From assembly GCF_046119375.1 (NCBI RefSeq), contig NW_027362763.1, forward strand, positions 236,716,001-236,780,000: a stretch of DNA of 64,000 nt, written 5' to 3'. Below the pieces are notes generated by a model. It saw only the letters and a program-made list of their open reading frames with translations, was not told the origin of the DNA and searched no databases. The DNA is from Phyllobates terribilis (taxonomy: Eukaryota). Shown piece after piece: positions 23,089-35,146 of this stretch. The position numbers and the translations under genes were made by a program. Each line of letters starts with the position of its first letter. Position 1 is the first letter of the stretch.

Positions 23089-24956
23089 TTAGCTGCTCAT
23101 GAGTAGACAGAACAAGGGGTCTGAATTAACCTTCTTACTGTCTTGGGCAGCTTGGGTAGAATGTTGTTTAGCTGTTACTTCACTTGAGATTATATCTTCT
23201 GGTGAGAGTTGAGACAACTGCGCTACTGGATGAAATATGTGAAGGTTAACAGGTGCCTCACTTAAATTAATCAGGCAAACTGGCACTCTTCCGTTGGAGA
23301 CAGTTACAATGCTGCGAGCAGCTTTCACTAATGGTTGTCCTTCTAGCAGGATTGGTTTGAGGAGAGCCTGATAATCTTGATTTTCAATACCTGGTCGGGC
23401 ACGGCACCATACCATGGTTTCTGAACTAGGCTGTAGGTCGGGTGTCTCGGATGCAGACACGACAAATTTCACCCTTGCTATTTGCAAACTTTTGCTGGGC
23501 GACAAGCACACGGATGACATGCTGAATGGTCTGCTGATCAGAAGATGTAGCTGTAGGGAGAGAGGCATGCAAGGCAGACAACACTTCTGGAAAACAATTT
23601 CTAAGAAAATTCATGCCTAGAACAATTACAGCAAAACCCTCATCCGATAGATCAGTTACAATGACACCCTGTTTTTGGAGCTTAATGTCCCCAATCCGAA
23701 TAGTGGGCTCCCAGTAACCCCGGTGAGGTATGGGTTGACCATTACCAGCTATAATGTTCATCCCGACATCTGGAGGGTTATTTAAGTCACTAAAGTGCCA
23801 ATGTTCAAGATATGCCCGCTTTTGCAAAGTAGTTACCTGTGAGCCGGTGTCGACGAGATCATCCAGAGGGACACCGTTTACCAGGACAGTTATGTGTGGG
23901 CAGGGCGAGATGAAGCGAGGCACCCACATGGATGCTCCATTTGGACCTTTTCTTCTTCCTCCCAAGGGGGGATCCTCAGCCTCGGGGGTGGCCCGTTTAA
24001 CTGATACCACTGGGCCTCGGTGTGTCCATATCGGTGGCAGTGCTGACAGAAAGGTCTATTATGGCGAGCAGCTTTGCCTGGAGGTAGACTTTTTGGTGGA
24101 GGCTCAGGAGAGAGAGTTCTGTCCTGGGCTTGCTCCATGGAGCGCATAGGTGAATTAATCAGATTTTTGATCTCCTGAGAGACTTGTTCGAGTCCTCTAG
24201 CAATGTAATCTACACGGGCCTCAAGTGATGGCTTGGAGTCCACAGCAGAAGTTTGCACAGCTTGTGTAGCTTGCATGGTACCTGGCGATGTCATCTGGAA
24301 AGATGGAGGGGCAGCAGGAATAGACCCAGCTAGAGGAGTAAAGGGGACATAGTTTCCCTGTACATATTCATTGCCAAGGACATGGATTGCTATGGTCTTG
24401 AAGTCTGCAAAGGTGAAGCTGGGATGTTGTGCAGCGAGCATGTAGAGTTGGCTCTGTGACAGTTCAGAGCGAGTCCCCTCTATGAAGCGGTCCAACAAGA
24501 TTTTGTCACACTTTTACGAGGGTCAACCTATAGAACAGCGGAGAAAGCCTCTTGGAGGGATAGAGAATAGTTCCGTAGGGTCTCACCTGGCTGTTGTCGT
24601 CTTTCAAAGAATCTCATCTTGACCTCAGAGATGGATGTAACCTCAAAGGCATCCTTCAGTTTCGCAAGGATTTGCTCAGACGTTTTCTTCTCTGTTGTGG
24701 GCCAGGATCGAACTTCCCTGGAAGCAGCACCCTCAAGCTGACCCAGCAGGATCTGCACTTGCTGTTCTCGAGAGAGGGGGTAAAACAGAAAGAGAGCAAG
24801 CAACTTGTCACAGAAGTCCCTGAATGTGTGCGGCTCCCCCTTGTAGCGTGGAAACCATAGTGTCCCAGGATAAAATGGGACAGGTAACGGCATGTTGCAC
24901 GCGATGGGCACACCAGGGCTGTTGGCACCAGCTTTGCAGTTGATGGGTTCAGTCAT
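23089..24956 (-). pseudogene. gag: Gypsy A gag, protease and post-protease spacer (frameshifted)
   Basis: Gag 24528-24956 and 23890-24498 (RRQQPGETLRNY; decayed knuckle CQHCHRYGHTEAQW). Protease VNGVPLDDLVDTGSQVT (23426-24010). Confidence 0.9.
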
Positions 24957-25017
24957 GGTTTAGATGCTGAGGTGACTGCTAACAATCGGACAGAGTCTCT
25001 GAGAGAGGCATACAGAT

Positions 25018-25037
25018 GAATCCTGTTCGTGACGCCA
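25018..25037 (-). promoter_or_regulatory. Primer binding site of Gypsy A, tRNA-Ser(CGA) type
   Basis: Minus strand TGGCGTCACGAACAGGATTC, 5 nt from the LTR end. It is complementary to the vertebrate tRNA-Ser(CGA) 3' end as I recall it (GAATCCTGTTCGTGACG-CCA); confirm against a tRNA database. Confidence 0.8.
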
Positions 25038-25042
25038 CAAAT

Positions 25043-26139
25043 TGTGGTGGGCCACTGGGGAGGCGACAGATGTTACAGAAGGGCCAGTTGGGGTGTGTAG
25101 CCTCAGTGGCAGCAGATAATGATGTCACGGTAGCTGAAGTTGGTCGCTGGACCCTTCAACACTTCCCTCGTGTCCACAAGAATTTAAAAAGCGAGAGGTG
25201 GCACTTGTGAAAGGTATAGGAACCCCCGGTAGCAATCCTGTAGCGGTGGTGTCTGGGTGCAGGTTTTGTAGTACCCGTGATGTTTGTGCAATCTCGAGCA
25301 GCCAGACACGCAGGTGAACTTGTAAACATAACAATTTTACTGAATGAGATGACAGGGTACAGTCTCTCTTACAGGCAAAGTTCACATTATATTGTGCATG
25401 TGAAAGTTAAGGTTTTCTCCTCATGAGACAAGCATTGTTATGGCCTCTCAGGGCGGCTGGAGCAGAGTTCTCTTCACTTGCTTGTACAGGAAATGCTATG
25501 TGCAGTCCAAGAAATATTGCACTGATGCAGAGACCTTCACAGATTGGCTCTCTGTGGAAACACACTAAAGTGTGGATGTACTCACAGTTTTAGCCCACCA
25601 TTCCCTCTTGCAGAGGGTAGATTTAAGCAAAGTCAGTGGCGTGGCAGCCACGTGGATCTAGTCCTGGCGAGAAGCGATCGGGATAGCCAGAGAGAAGGAT
25701 AGTCCACGTAAAGCTTCTCTCTCCTGACTAGAAGACACTTCACTCTTTTTGTGAATGAGATTATGTGAGGAAAAATGTCCCCTCAGTGTAGACTTGCATT
25801 GAAAACACTTCTCTGAGAGAATAATGTCTCTCCACAATCTTCCTGAGGCAGCAGGAGCAGCTCACAACTGGCTTGTACCAGTGTTCTAGTCAGAGAGCCC
25901 TGAGCTGGGAGACTCCTCCCAGCCATGTCTATGGCCACCACTTGTTGTGAGAATAATCATTACTTCATATACACACACTGGCCAGCAGATGGCAGGAAAG
26001 TACAATTTACAATACAAGGAAGTACAATTTACAATGCAATGTATTATATCCCCTAATTCAGTGCACAAAATGGAACAAATCTAGTACAACACTACAACTG
26101 TCTCATTTAGCAGTGTAGAACGGGTACCGGGATGCCACG
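25043..26139 (-). repeat. 5' LTR of Gypsy A
   Basis: Homologous to 1-445, and adjacent to the PBS and gag. Confidence 0.9.
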
Positions 26140-27340
26140 TAATGAGAGTGCATATCCATAGCATGCAAAAAAGCGTTGCCTTATAGTAAATTTTTAAGGT
26201 TGCAAAAAATTAATAATGATCAAATGACATTTAAATTGCAAGCTAAAGATCTAAAAGACAGGTTCACTAGAAGGTGTTATCCTCCTAATCTTCTGAATGA
26301 AGCTCTAAAGAAAGCAGAAAAAAACATTAAAAGATAGGTCAGTGAAACATGATCCTAATATAAAACAGGGAATAATAAACAGGACCACAAGTTTATCTTT
26401 AATTTCAAGCATAGCTCTATGGATAGCATAATAAACACAGCCATTAAACGAAACTGGCATTTGATTGAAAGCGATAAGGAGTTGCATAATGTAGCAATTC
26501 ACAAACCCATTTTATCATATAGAAGAGGATGTAATATAGGGGATATTCTCGTACACAAAAGGATGGATTCTGATTTAAATAGTTAGATTGATAAAAACAG
26601 CTATAAGGCAGCCACAAATGTGGAAATTGCTCTTTTTCCCAGATGTATATAATTGATAAAGTAATAAGGATAGATCCAGTCCAGCACTAAGTAACCGATT
26701 TCATATTCTGCAGGACAACACATGTGGTTTATGTTAATATTTGTCTTTGTCACTATTATTATATCGGAAAAACTATTAGACCCCTCTTTATTCGGTTCCG
26801 TGAACATTTTAGATCCATTAGCACAGGAAAGGGCTCCCCAAAATTGATCAAAAATATCCAGGAATATCTTGGATCAGACCCCAAAACACTACGATTTCCA
26901 GGTCTGGAAAGGGTAAAATATCACTGCAAGTAGGAGACCACAATAAAATGTTACTAAGAAGGGAAACTAAATGGATAACGAAGACATCAGTGCAGGGCCC
27001 CTTGGGTTTAAACGATAGGTTTGACCTATCTATGTTTTTATAATGAATATAGATTGTTTGTACAATTTCAAATGTATTGTTCAATAATGTTGCTTTAATA
27101 ATAACGTTAATATTGCTTGTTTGGTGAGGTGTGGTAGTGCCAGACCGCCCTTAAAAAGGAATCACTCTCACGTCACCACACACCTGGACCTGTAGAAGCA
27201 CTAGACGGCCTCAAAACAGCTGCAGTCCACAAGATCCCCTTGCATCCCCTTGCACACCGCATAGATGTCTCAAAGATATATGAAATAAAGGAATTTCTAT
27301 TTTTATAGGAATGGTGAGTGCTGCTCGTTCTTCTTTATAT
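26140..27340 (+). mobile_element. Decayed Penelope-like element, 3' part (RT thumb, GIY-YIG endonuclease, tail)
   Basis: KKALPYSKFLRLQKIN...DLKDRF (RT C-terminus) and CHYYYIGKTIRPLFIRFREH (GIY-YIG, 26724-26933). Confidence 0.82.
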
Positions 27341-27546
27341 ACAAGACTGTTTAAATAATATGTTCCTGTGATGAGAAAATGTGCCCCTGCTATGTACTGT
27401 GTAATGGCCGTGTCTCACTGAGCGGGAGCATTGTATGATCATACTATAGAATCATACAATCATAGAATCATAGAATCATAGAATGGTAGAGTTGGAAGGG
27501 ACCTCCTGGGTCATCTGGTCCAACCCCCTGCTCAAAGCAGGATTCA

Positions 27547-30336
27547 CTAGATCATCTCAGACAGATGTCTGTCCAGCCTCTGTTTGAAGACGTCCATTGA
27601 AGGGGAACTCACCACCTCTCGTGGCAGCCTGTTCCACTCATTAATCACCCTAACTGTCAAAAAGTTTTTTCTAATATCTAATCTGTGTCTCCTCCCATTT
27701 AGTTTCATCCCATTGCTTCTAGTCTTTCCTTGTGCAAATGAGAATAAAGATGATCCTTCTACAATGTGACAGCCCTTGACATATTTGTAGACAGCTATTA
27801 AGTCTCCTCTCAGTCTTCTTTTTTGCAAGCTAAACATTCCCAAATCCTGCAACCGTTCCTCATAGGACATGGTTTGCAGACCAGTCACCATTCTGGTCGC
27901 TCTTCTCTGAACTTGCTCCAGTTTGTCTATGTCTTTTTTAAAATGTGGTGCCCAAAACTGTACACAGTATTCCAGATGAGGTCTGACCAAAGAGGAGTAA
28001 AGACCGATAATGACTTCACGTGATCTAGACTGTATGCTTCTGTTAATACATCCCAGAATTGTATTTGCCTATTTTGCTGCTGCATCACACTGTTGACTCA
28101 TGTTCAGTCTATGATCTATTAGTATACCTAAGTCTTTTTCACATGTACTGTTGCTTAGCTCTATTCCTCCCATTCTGTATATGCTTTTTTCATTTTTATT
28201 GCCCAGATGTAGTACTTTGCATTTTTCCCTGTTAAAAAACATTCTGTTGGTTGTTGCCCACTGCTCCAGTTTATTTAGGTCTTTTTGAATCCTCTCTCTC
28301 TCTTCTCTAGTATTAGCTATCCCTCCTAGCTTTGTGTAATCAGCAAATTTAATCAGTTTACCCTCAATTCCTTCATCTAAATCATTGATAAAGATGTTGA
28401 ACAATACAGGTCCCAGGACGGAGCCCTGTGGTACCCCACTTGAGACATTCATCCAGCTGGATGTGAAGCCATTTACAACCACCCTTTGAGTCCGATCACT
28501 AAGCCAGTTATGAATCCACCTAACAGTTGCCTGGTCCATTGCATACTTGGTCATTTTTTCAATAAGGATGGTGTGAGATACTTTGTCAAATGCTTTGCTG
28601 AAGTCAAGATATACTATATCTACAGCATTTCCCTGATCCACCCAGTCAGTGATTCTGTCATAGAAGGAAATTAAGTTAGTCTGACATGACTTGTTAGTTA
28701 CAAACCCATGCTGACTCTGGTTAATCACTTCATTCTTATCCATGTACTTACATACATGTTGTTTAATAATTTGTTCAAAGATCTTTCCTGGTATAGAAGT
28801 CAGACTCACCGGACTATAGTTCCCTGGGTCCACCTTCTTCCCCTTTTTGAAGATAGGAACAACATTTGCTCTTCTCCAGTCTTCTGGGACTTCTCCTGTT
28901 CTCCAAGAAGTTTCAAAGATTATGGAGAGTGGTTCTAAAATTTCTTCTACGATCTCCTTCAGTACTCTGGGGTGTAATTCATCTGGACCTGGAGACTTGA
29001 GCTCATTTATGTTAGCTAAATATTCCCTCACAATCTTTCTGTTTACAGATAACTTGGATTCCTCTATTCCTTTAAAAGGACAGTGAAGATCAGTTGATGT
29101 TACATTTTCTTTCTGAGAGAAAACAGATGCAAAATAGGAATTAAAAAGTTCGGCCTTCTCAACATCCTCTCTTACCATTTCTCCATTTTCATCCTGTAAA
29201 AATCCTATAGCATCTTTGACTTTTCTTTTACTTTTGACATACCCCCAAAATCCTTTTTTATTGCTTTTGACATCTCTTGCAAGCCTTAATTCATTGTCAG
29301 CTTTAGCTAACCTGATACGTGCCCTACAGGATCTGCAGACTGCATTATAATCTTCTTTAGATATGCCTCCCTCTTTCCATTTAATAAACATTTCTTTCTT
29401 TCTTTTTAGCATGTGTTTAAGTTCTGTGTTCATCCATCCTGGTTTCCTTAAATGCTTCCCATTCTTCCTACTTTTCGGGATTGTTAACGATTGTGCTTTG
29501 AGAATCTCATTTTTAAAAATTTCCCGTCCTTCCTGGACATTTTTGTCCTTAAGGACATCCAGCCATTGGATCCCTCCTATTCTCTTTCTGAGTCTCTTAA
29601 AATCTGCCTTTCTAAAATCTAACCTTGAAGTTTGAGTCTTCACATGTCTTCCTCCTCTAGTTATCCAAAATTCTATAATAGCATGATCGCTGCCTCCTAG
29701 GGTCCCAGCCACCTTTACCTCCTCAACCATTTCCTCCCTGTTTATAAGGATTAGATCCAAAGTAGCAGATCCCCTTGTTTTCTCCCCTACCTTTTGGAAG
29801 ATAAAGTTGTCAGCAAGAGAGGATAAGAATTTGCTTGACCTGTTAGTTTTACTTGAGAGAGATTCCCAACAAATGTCTGGATAGTTGAAATCTCCCATGA
29901 CCACTACGTCATATTTTTTGGAGAACTTGGTCATTTGATACATAAAGAGTTCATCCATATCTTCAGCTTGCCCAGGTGGCCTGTAGTAAATGCCTACAAT
30001 GGTGTCCTTTCCGTTGTTCTCTCCTTGTATTCTTACCCAAACAGTTTCCACAGAACTCCCAGTCTCTGAAGCTTCAATCTCTGTGCAGATATACGCTTTT
30101 CTAACATACAATGCAACACCTCCTCCTCGTTTATCAAGTGTGTTTCTTGCAAATAAGTTGTATCCTTTTAGCCTTTTATTCCAATCATGTGTATCGTCCC
30201 ACCAAGTTTCAGTGATTCCAATGACATCATATTCCTTTTTCTGCATTAGTAGTTCCAATTCTCCTTGTTTGTTGCCCATGCTTTGTGCATTTGTATAAAA
30301 ACATTTTAGTTTGTGATTGGTTTCTCTTCCTCCCAT
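27547..30336 (-). pseudogene. CR1 ORF2 (APE endonuclease plus RT) with one premature stop and a mutated RT motif
   Basis: Motifs YTNAQS..NK..EL, GITETWW, MGDFNYPDI.W, GVPQGSVLGP. FADYTKL replaces the usual FADDTKL. TAG at 28069-28071 is followed by an in-frame continuation (27547-27990). Confidence 0.95.
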
Positions 30337-30458
30337 ATTTTTATTATTTAGATTTTTTTGTCTTTGTTCTTCTTTTCCACTTCCAGTAGCAGAGATCTCA
30401 ATAGTATTTGTCAGCTGTATGGCTTTTTCTGGCCTTTTGCTTCCCTTCCCACATTGTT

Positions 30459-31421
30459 CTAGTTTAAAGCTCTTCTGATGAGTGTAGCAAGGCGACTTCC
30501 AAATACATGTTTTCTCGTCTTCGTAAGGTGCACCCCATCTCTAGCAAGTAGTCCATCGTATAGGTAATTCATTCCGTGATCCAGAAATCCAAATCCTTGT
30601 TGACGGCACCATCGACGTAGCCAGTTGTTCACCTGTAGAATCTTATTCCACCTCATTGTTCCATGGCCATCCACTGGGAGGATGGATGAGAAGACCACCT
30701 GCGCTCCCAATTCTTTCACTTTCTTGCCTAAGTCTTCAAAGTCACTGCAGATGGTTTCCAGGTCCTTTCCTGCGGTGTCATTTGTCCCCACATGTATTAG
30801 CAGGAATGGGTAGTGATCTGTAGGTCTGAAGAGTCTTGATATCCTGTCAGACACATCTTTAATTTTTGCTCCTGGAAGACAGCACATTTCTCTTGAGGTT
30901 ATGTCTGGTCTGCAGATAGCGGCCTCTGTTCCTCTTAACAGGGAATCCCCCATGACCACCACTCTCCGTTTTTTCTTCACAACATTCTTCTTTCTCCATC
31001 CAGGAGGATTCTGAGGGCTTACAAGGTTATTCATTGCTGGCAAAGTCTTATTTTGCTGTATTTCTTCATGGTTCTCCTGCATGAGAGCCTGGTACTGGTT
31101 CCTGAGCAGTATGGGTGCTGACTGCCTCTCGATCCTCCTGCTTCTGTGGGTCACATGCTTCCATTCCTCTGTTTCGTCAGGTGCAGTTCGAATTTCTTCT
31201 CTTTCTGAATCATGAAGAGATAATTCTGCTCTGTCTAAGAACTCTTCACCTTCCTTAATGATTTTCAAGGTAGTTAACCTCTCTTCTAGATTTCGCAACT
31301 TTTCCTCCAACAGGGACACAAGCTTGCATTTCTGGCATGTGAAGTTTGGCTTTTCCACTGGCAAGTCTGTGAACATGTAGCAGGATATGCAGCTCACCAA
31401 ATGGCTCCTGGACTCTTCCAT
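30459..31421 (-). CDS. CR1 ORF1: zinc finger, coiled coil and SGNH esterase
   Basis: 320-aa open ORF with CISC...CQKC, VVMGDSLLRG, IHVGTND and DGVHL. Confidence 0.9.
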   Translation of the reverse strand: MEESRSHLVSCISCYMFTDLPVEKPNFTCQKCKLVSLLEEKLRNLEERLTTLKIIKEGEEFLDRAELSLHDSEREEIRTAPDETEEWKHVTHRSRRIERQSAPILLRNQYQALMQENHEEIQQNKTLPAMNNLVSPQNPPGWRKKNVVKKKRRVVVMGDSLLRGTEAAICRPDITSREMCCLPGAKIKDVSDRISRLFRPTDHYPFLLIHVGTNDTAGKDLETICSDFEDLGKKVKELGAQVVFSSILPVDGHGTMRWNKILQVNNWLRRWCRQQGFGFLDHGMNYLYDGLLARDGVHLTKTRKHVFGSRLATLIRRALN

Positions 31422-32204
31422 GTTCTTATTGTTAATGTTCTGAAAACAGTGAAAAAAGCTTAAAAAAAAACTTCAAAATGCGCAGTTTACCGATGTCCTC
31501 TTTTCAGCTCCAACAGCCAAAATCCAGTGTTCTTTGAGCTCGCGGAGACTCTTCACTTACCCCAAAATGCAGTGGGAATATGCAAATTATCTCCTCAGGA
31601 CTCCTCCCCTGGTTTTATAGGGGGAGGGAAGCAAAAGAGAGTATACAGACATTACAGCATGGGATCGCAAATTATTTTTTCTTTGAGGTAAAACATTGTT
31701 TAAAAACAGGCAGGGAAATGTTTTGCCTCGCAAAAACAATGTTTTAACTCACAGAAAGAATCATCTGTGATCCCATGCTGTCCTGTCTGTATACTCTTTT
31801 GCCTCCTCCTCTGCCCAGGAGCTGTGGTATGATCAGACCACGTTCCTATATGATCAGACACAGCCATTACACAGTACACAGCAGGGACACATTTCTAAGA
31901 TTATCTCAGCACAGGAACATTTTATTTAAACACATCCAATTGAGGAAGTTATTATTATTCCAAGAACTGTTGATTAAAATGAACTCTTTGTAATGGGACA
32001 ACCCCTTTAACTAATGTTGGCTCATTAGGTGTAACAGTTTTACAAAAAACACACAGATAAATAAAAAAAACAATTTTGAACCGTAAAGGTTCACTAATAA
32101 GTGCTCATCAAACATACATTATAAAACTAGTCGATTTTGAGGTTTCGAAGAGAGAATTATACAGATTTTAGCTGGTAAAATAACTGCTGATCTGTCATCT
32201 GTAG

Positions 32205-35146
32205 GTTTTGCAACTAAATCTTGTGAAGCAAATAAAGTGTTGCTCGTAAATAATAGTACAATATAATCTCATACAGCTCTGTGAAATAGATGAATAGGTT
32301 TTTGATTTATCTGGTTTTCCTTCTGATCTTATATGAAGCTATAAACTGTTCTTTTCACCAAAGCAAATATACAGTGCTGTGTGCTTTGCTGACTGTCTCT
32401 AGGGAACCAAAGCTCTATTATGTGAAAACAAAGGGGCTTATTGTCTTCAAGGAAAATATTATAATCTACTCACAGACGAAGGCATCCAGTAGGATAAAGC
32501 TTCTTAGTTTTTTGTCAATATTAAATCAGTATATGTTTTTTAGAAAAATTATTTGTGAACTTTCCCAAAGTTTTTTTTCTAATATTACATTCATACAATT
32601 CTTGTACCCAATACATAAAACAAACAGATTATAAAGATTATGGGGATGATTTATCTAAGCTGTTACGCTACTAAAAAAAAATTAGCCTAAAATACTTTAA
32701 ATGGCCACACAATCGTTGCACAACGTACTGTAGAGAGAAAACATATCTGACTGCAAACATGATTGAAACACCAATCTTATAGGGAATATCCACTATTCTG
32801 ACAAGTTGCATTTTTTTAAATTGTGATTACTTCTGTCTGGTTCTTGTGAAGCCATTTTCCTGGTGATTGTAGTAAATTTTAGTAAACCAGTGATTTTAGT
32901 AAACTGGAGGCAAATGATTGTCAGCTGGATGAAAATTGTGTTTGACATTGTTTTATCCCTTTATGTGTTAGTTTTCAACATTTGCTGGGCCAAATGTTTT
33001 GCATATTTTGTCATGAGTAGTCGAATTTTGCCTTTTTTTTTTTTTCTTTTTATGTGTGTATTCTTAGGTTAAAACATGGCAAAGACAAAGCCAAATTAAT
33101 CACCAGATGTCAAGAGGTTATTATTCTGAGACTGAAGTCAGGTAGATATGGAATTCAACTGTTCCGGGGTCAAGTGTCACGCATATTAAAGAAAGACAAA
33201 GAAGATTATGGAAAAGCTGACTAACATAGAAGTGGTCGAACACGAAAAACTTCCTCCAGAGTTGATCACATTATTAAGAAAAAGTCAATATCTGATGTCC
33301 TTAAAAGTGCTGTACAGATTTTGCACAAAATGAAGGAGTAATATGGGGTCAAAGTGAGTCCTCAAATTGTGGTGCGACGGCTAAGAGCAGTAGGTTTGAA
33401 TGCACGAGTTCCTGTCAAGAAGCCTTTCATCTCTGCAAAGAACCAGAAGGTCTGACTTGAGTTTGCTAAAGAACACAGCCAATGGAAAGAGACAGATTGG
33501 TCTAAGGTGTTATGGTCGGATGAATCCAAGTTCAATCTGTTTGGTAGTGATGGCAGCACTATATATACCGCCCAATTGGAAAACGTAATGATGTCACCTA
33601 CAGTGAAACATAGTTGTGGCAATGTCATGGTTTGGGGCTGCTTTTCTGCATCTGCCATTGGCCCTCTGCATAGAATTGATGGAAATATGAACGCTACCAT
33701 ATGCAAGGATATACTGGAGAGTGTAATGCTGCCACATGGTAAAACCAAAGTAGGCAGGAGATAGAAATTCCAGCAAGACAATGATCCCAAGCATACATCC
33801 AATTTACTCAAAAATTGGCCAGTAAAGAAAAATGTTTGCCTGTTGCAATGGCCAAGCTAATCACCTGATTTAAACCCTATAGAGCACCTTTGGGATGCGT
33901 TAGGGTGACGGGTTGGGACCTGTACCCATAGCAATAACGATGAATTGTTTGCAGATTTGCAAATGGAATGGCACAAGATCCCTCAAGATGTCTTGAATAC
34001 CGTAGTGGCTTCAATGCCCCGTCGGTGTAGTGCAGTAATTAAAGCAAGAGGCTAAGATACAAAATACTAAGTTATGGCATTGTAAAAATGAACTACTCTC
34101 TATGTTATGATCAATAAATAGTATATGGGAAACTTTTGGCATTCAGTTTTTTTTTAATTAAATGACCATACCTATATTCAAAAGCATTTTGGTTAAAATT
34201 AAGGTCTTGCATGATGACAACTTTATGCAATTTCAATTCATCACCAGGGAAATGGCATCACAACAACCAGACAGAAGTAATCACACTTTTAAAAAAAATG
34301 CAAAACTTTTGGTCGCCACTGTATACTCACATCCAGTGGCAGCGCTGTTCCATTGATGTCGGCACTGGCTCTCCCTAGGCTTGCGTGACATTATTATGTC
34401 ACACAATCCTTGTGGCCAATCAGAGCTAGCTTCACTTTCCCCTCCTTTGGACAAACCAGACATCCAGAGAAAGTGAGCTGTGGCTACTCTCTCACTTCTT
34501 TCGGATGTCAATTACGTCCGAACGAGGGGACAGTGAAGCCAGCGCTGTTTGACTGCAGGTATTGTTATATCACGCGAGCCCCAGTAGAGACAGTGCTGAC
34601 ACCACTGGAGCAGCACTGGCACCAGAGGTGACTATAACTGTTATTATTTTTCCCTGGGGGGAAACATAGGGATTGAGACATGGTTCTCCACTTTAATGAA
34701 TGGAGCTAAGGATAGAGTTTCTCTTTTTAGAACTTTGATGTTTTCATTATTGTCTAGAACAGAGAGAATTAATTTACAAAAATTGAAGATATATTAAGCT
34801 GCCAGATTTGTATGTGAACAGTAGTATATTGATGTCTGTATTGTCTGAGGAAAATAATGCATGAATCTGCATTGTGAACCTTGTACAATATGCATGTAAA
34901 TTACCATAACTGATGCGAGGGATATATTGGGATATAAAGCATTTACTTTAAAGTGTGCTTTATATTGGTTCAGGGAAAGAAGGATATTTTCCACTAAATG
35001 GCATGCATTCATTTAAAGGAGTCTAATTACACAGTGTTAACATTTTTGATCATACATTCTAACTGTACAGCACCTGAAGCACTTATTGTGGATGCATCAT
35101 ATGTTGGCTGTAACAGGACACAATTTGCTTTTTCTCCCTTCTTCAA
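32205..35146 (+). CDS. Three candidate small host exons (32205-32245, 32403-32488, 35071-35146) of an unidentified gene
   Basis: Each has an AG acceptor and a GT donor, and two have branch-like CTGAC/CTAAC just upstream. They join in one open frame. They lie in non-repetitive AT-rich DNA. Donor sites are weak and the peptide is not recognised. Confidence 0.3.
32790..34150 (+). mobile_element. Decayed Tc1/mariner element
   Basis: WSDESKFNLFGSDG, PTVKH..G.VMVWGCFS, FQQDNDPKH and SPDL.PIEHLW form a Tc1-type catalytic domain with stops. TIRs not resolved. Confidence 0.85.

Larger units (their letters stand above)
27446..31620 (-). mobile_element. Near full-length CR1 LINE
   Basis: 3' octamer tail (ATAGAATC)n on the plus strand at 27446-27485, plus ORF2, ORF1 and a 5' UTR. 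The 5' end is approximate. Confidence 0.95.
27345..32010. mobile_element. Palindromic MITE split by the CR1 insertion (arms 27345-27445 and about 31620-32010)
   Basis: 27345-27445 is the reverse complement of about 31825-31925. Internal inverted repeat 31620-31670 vs 31765-31810. Right end GGACAACCCCTTTAA. Confidence 0.65.

Noticed and set aside
27180-27225. Hammerhead ribozyme in the first Penelope tail
   Set aside because: CTGTAGA and CAAAAC deviate from both core boxes, which is too degenerate to call.
34160-34700. Possible MITE ending GGTTCTCCACTTTAA
   Set aside because: I could not find a matching left terminus by eye.
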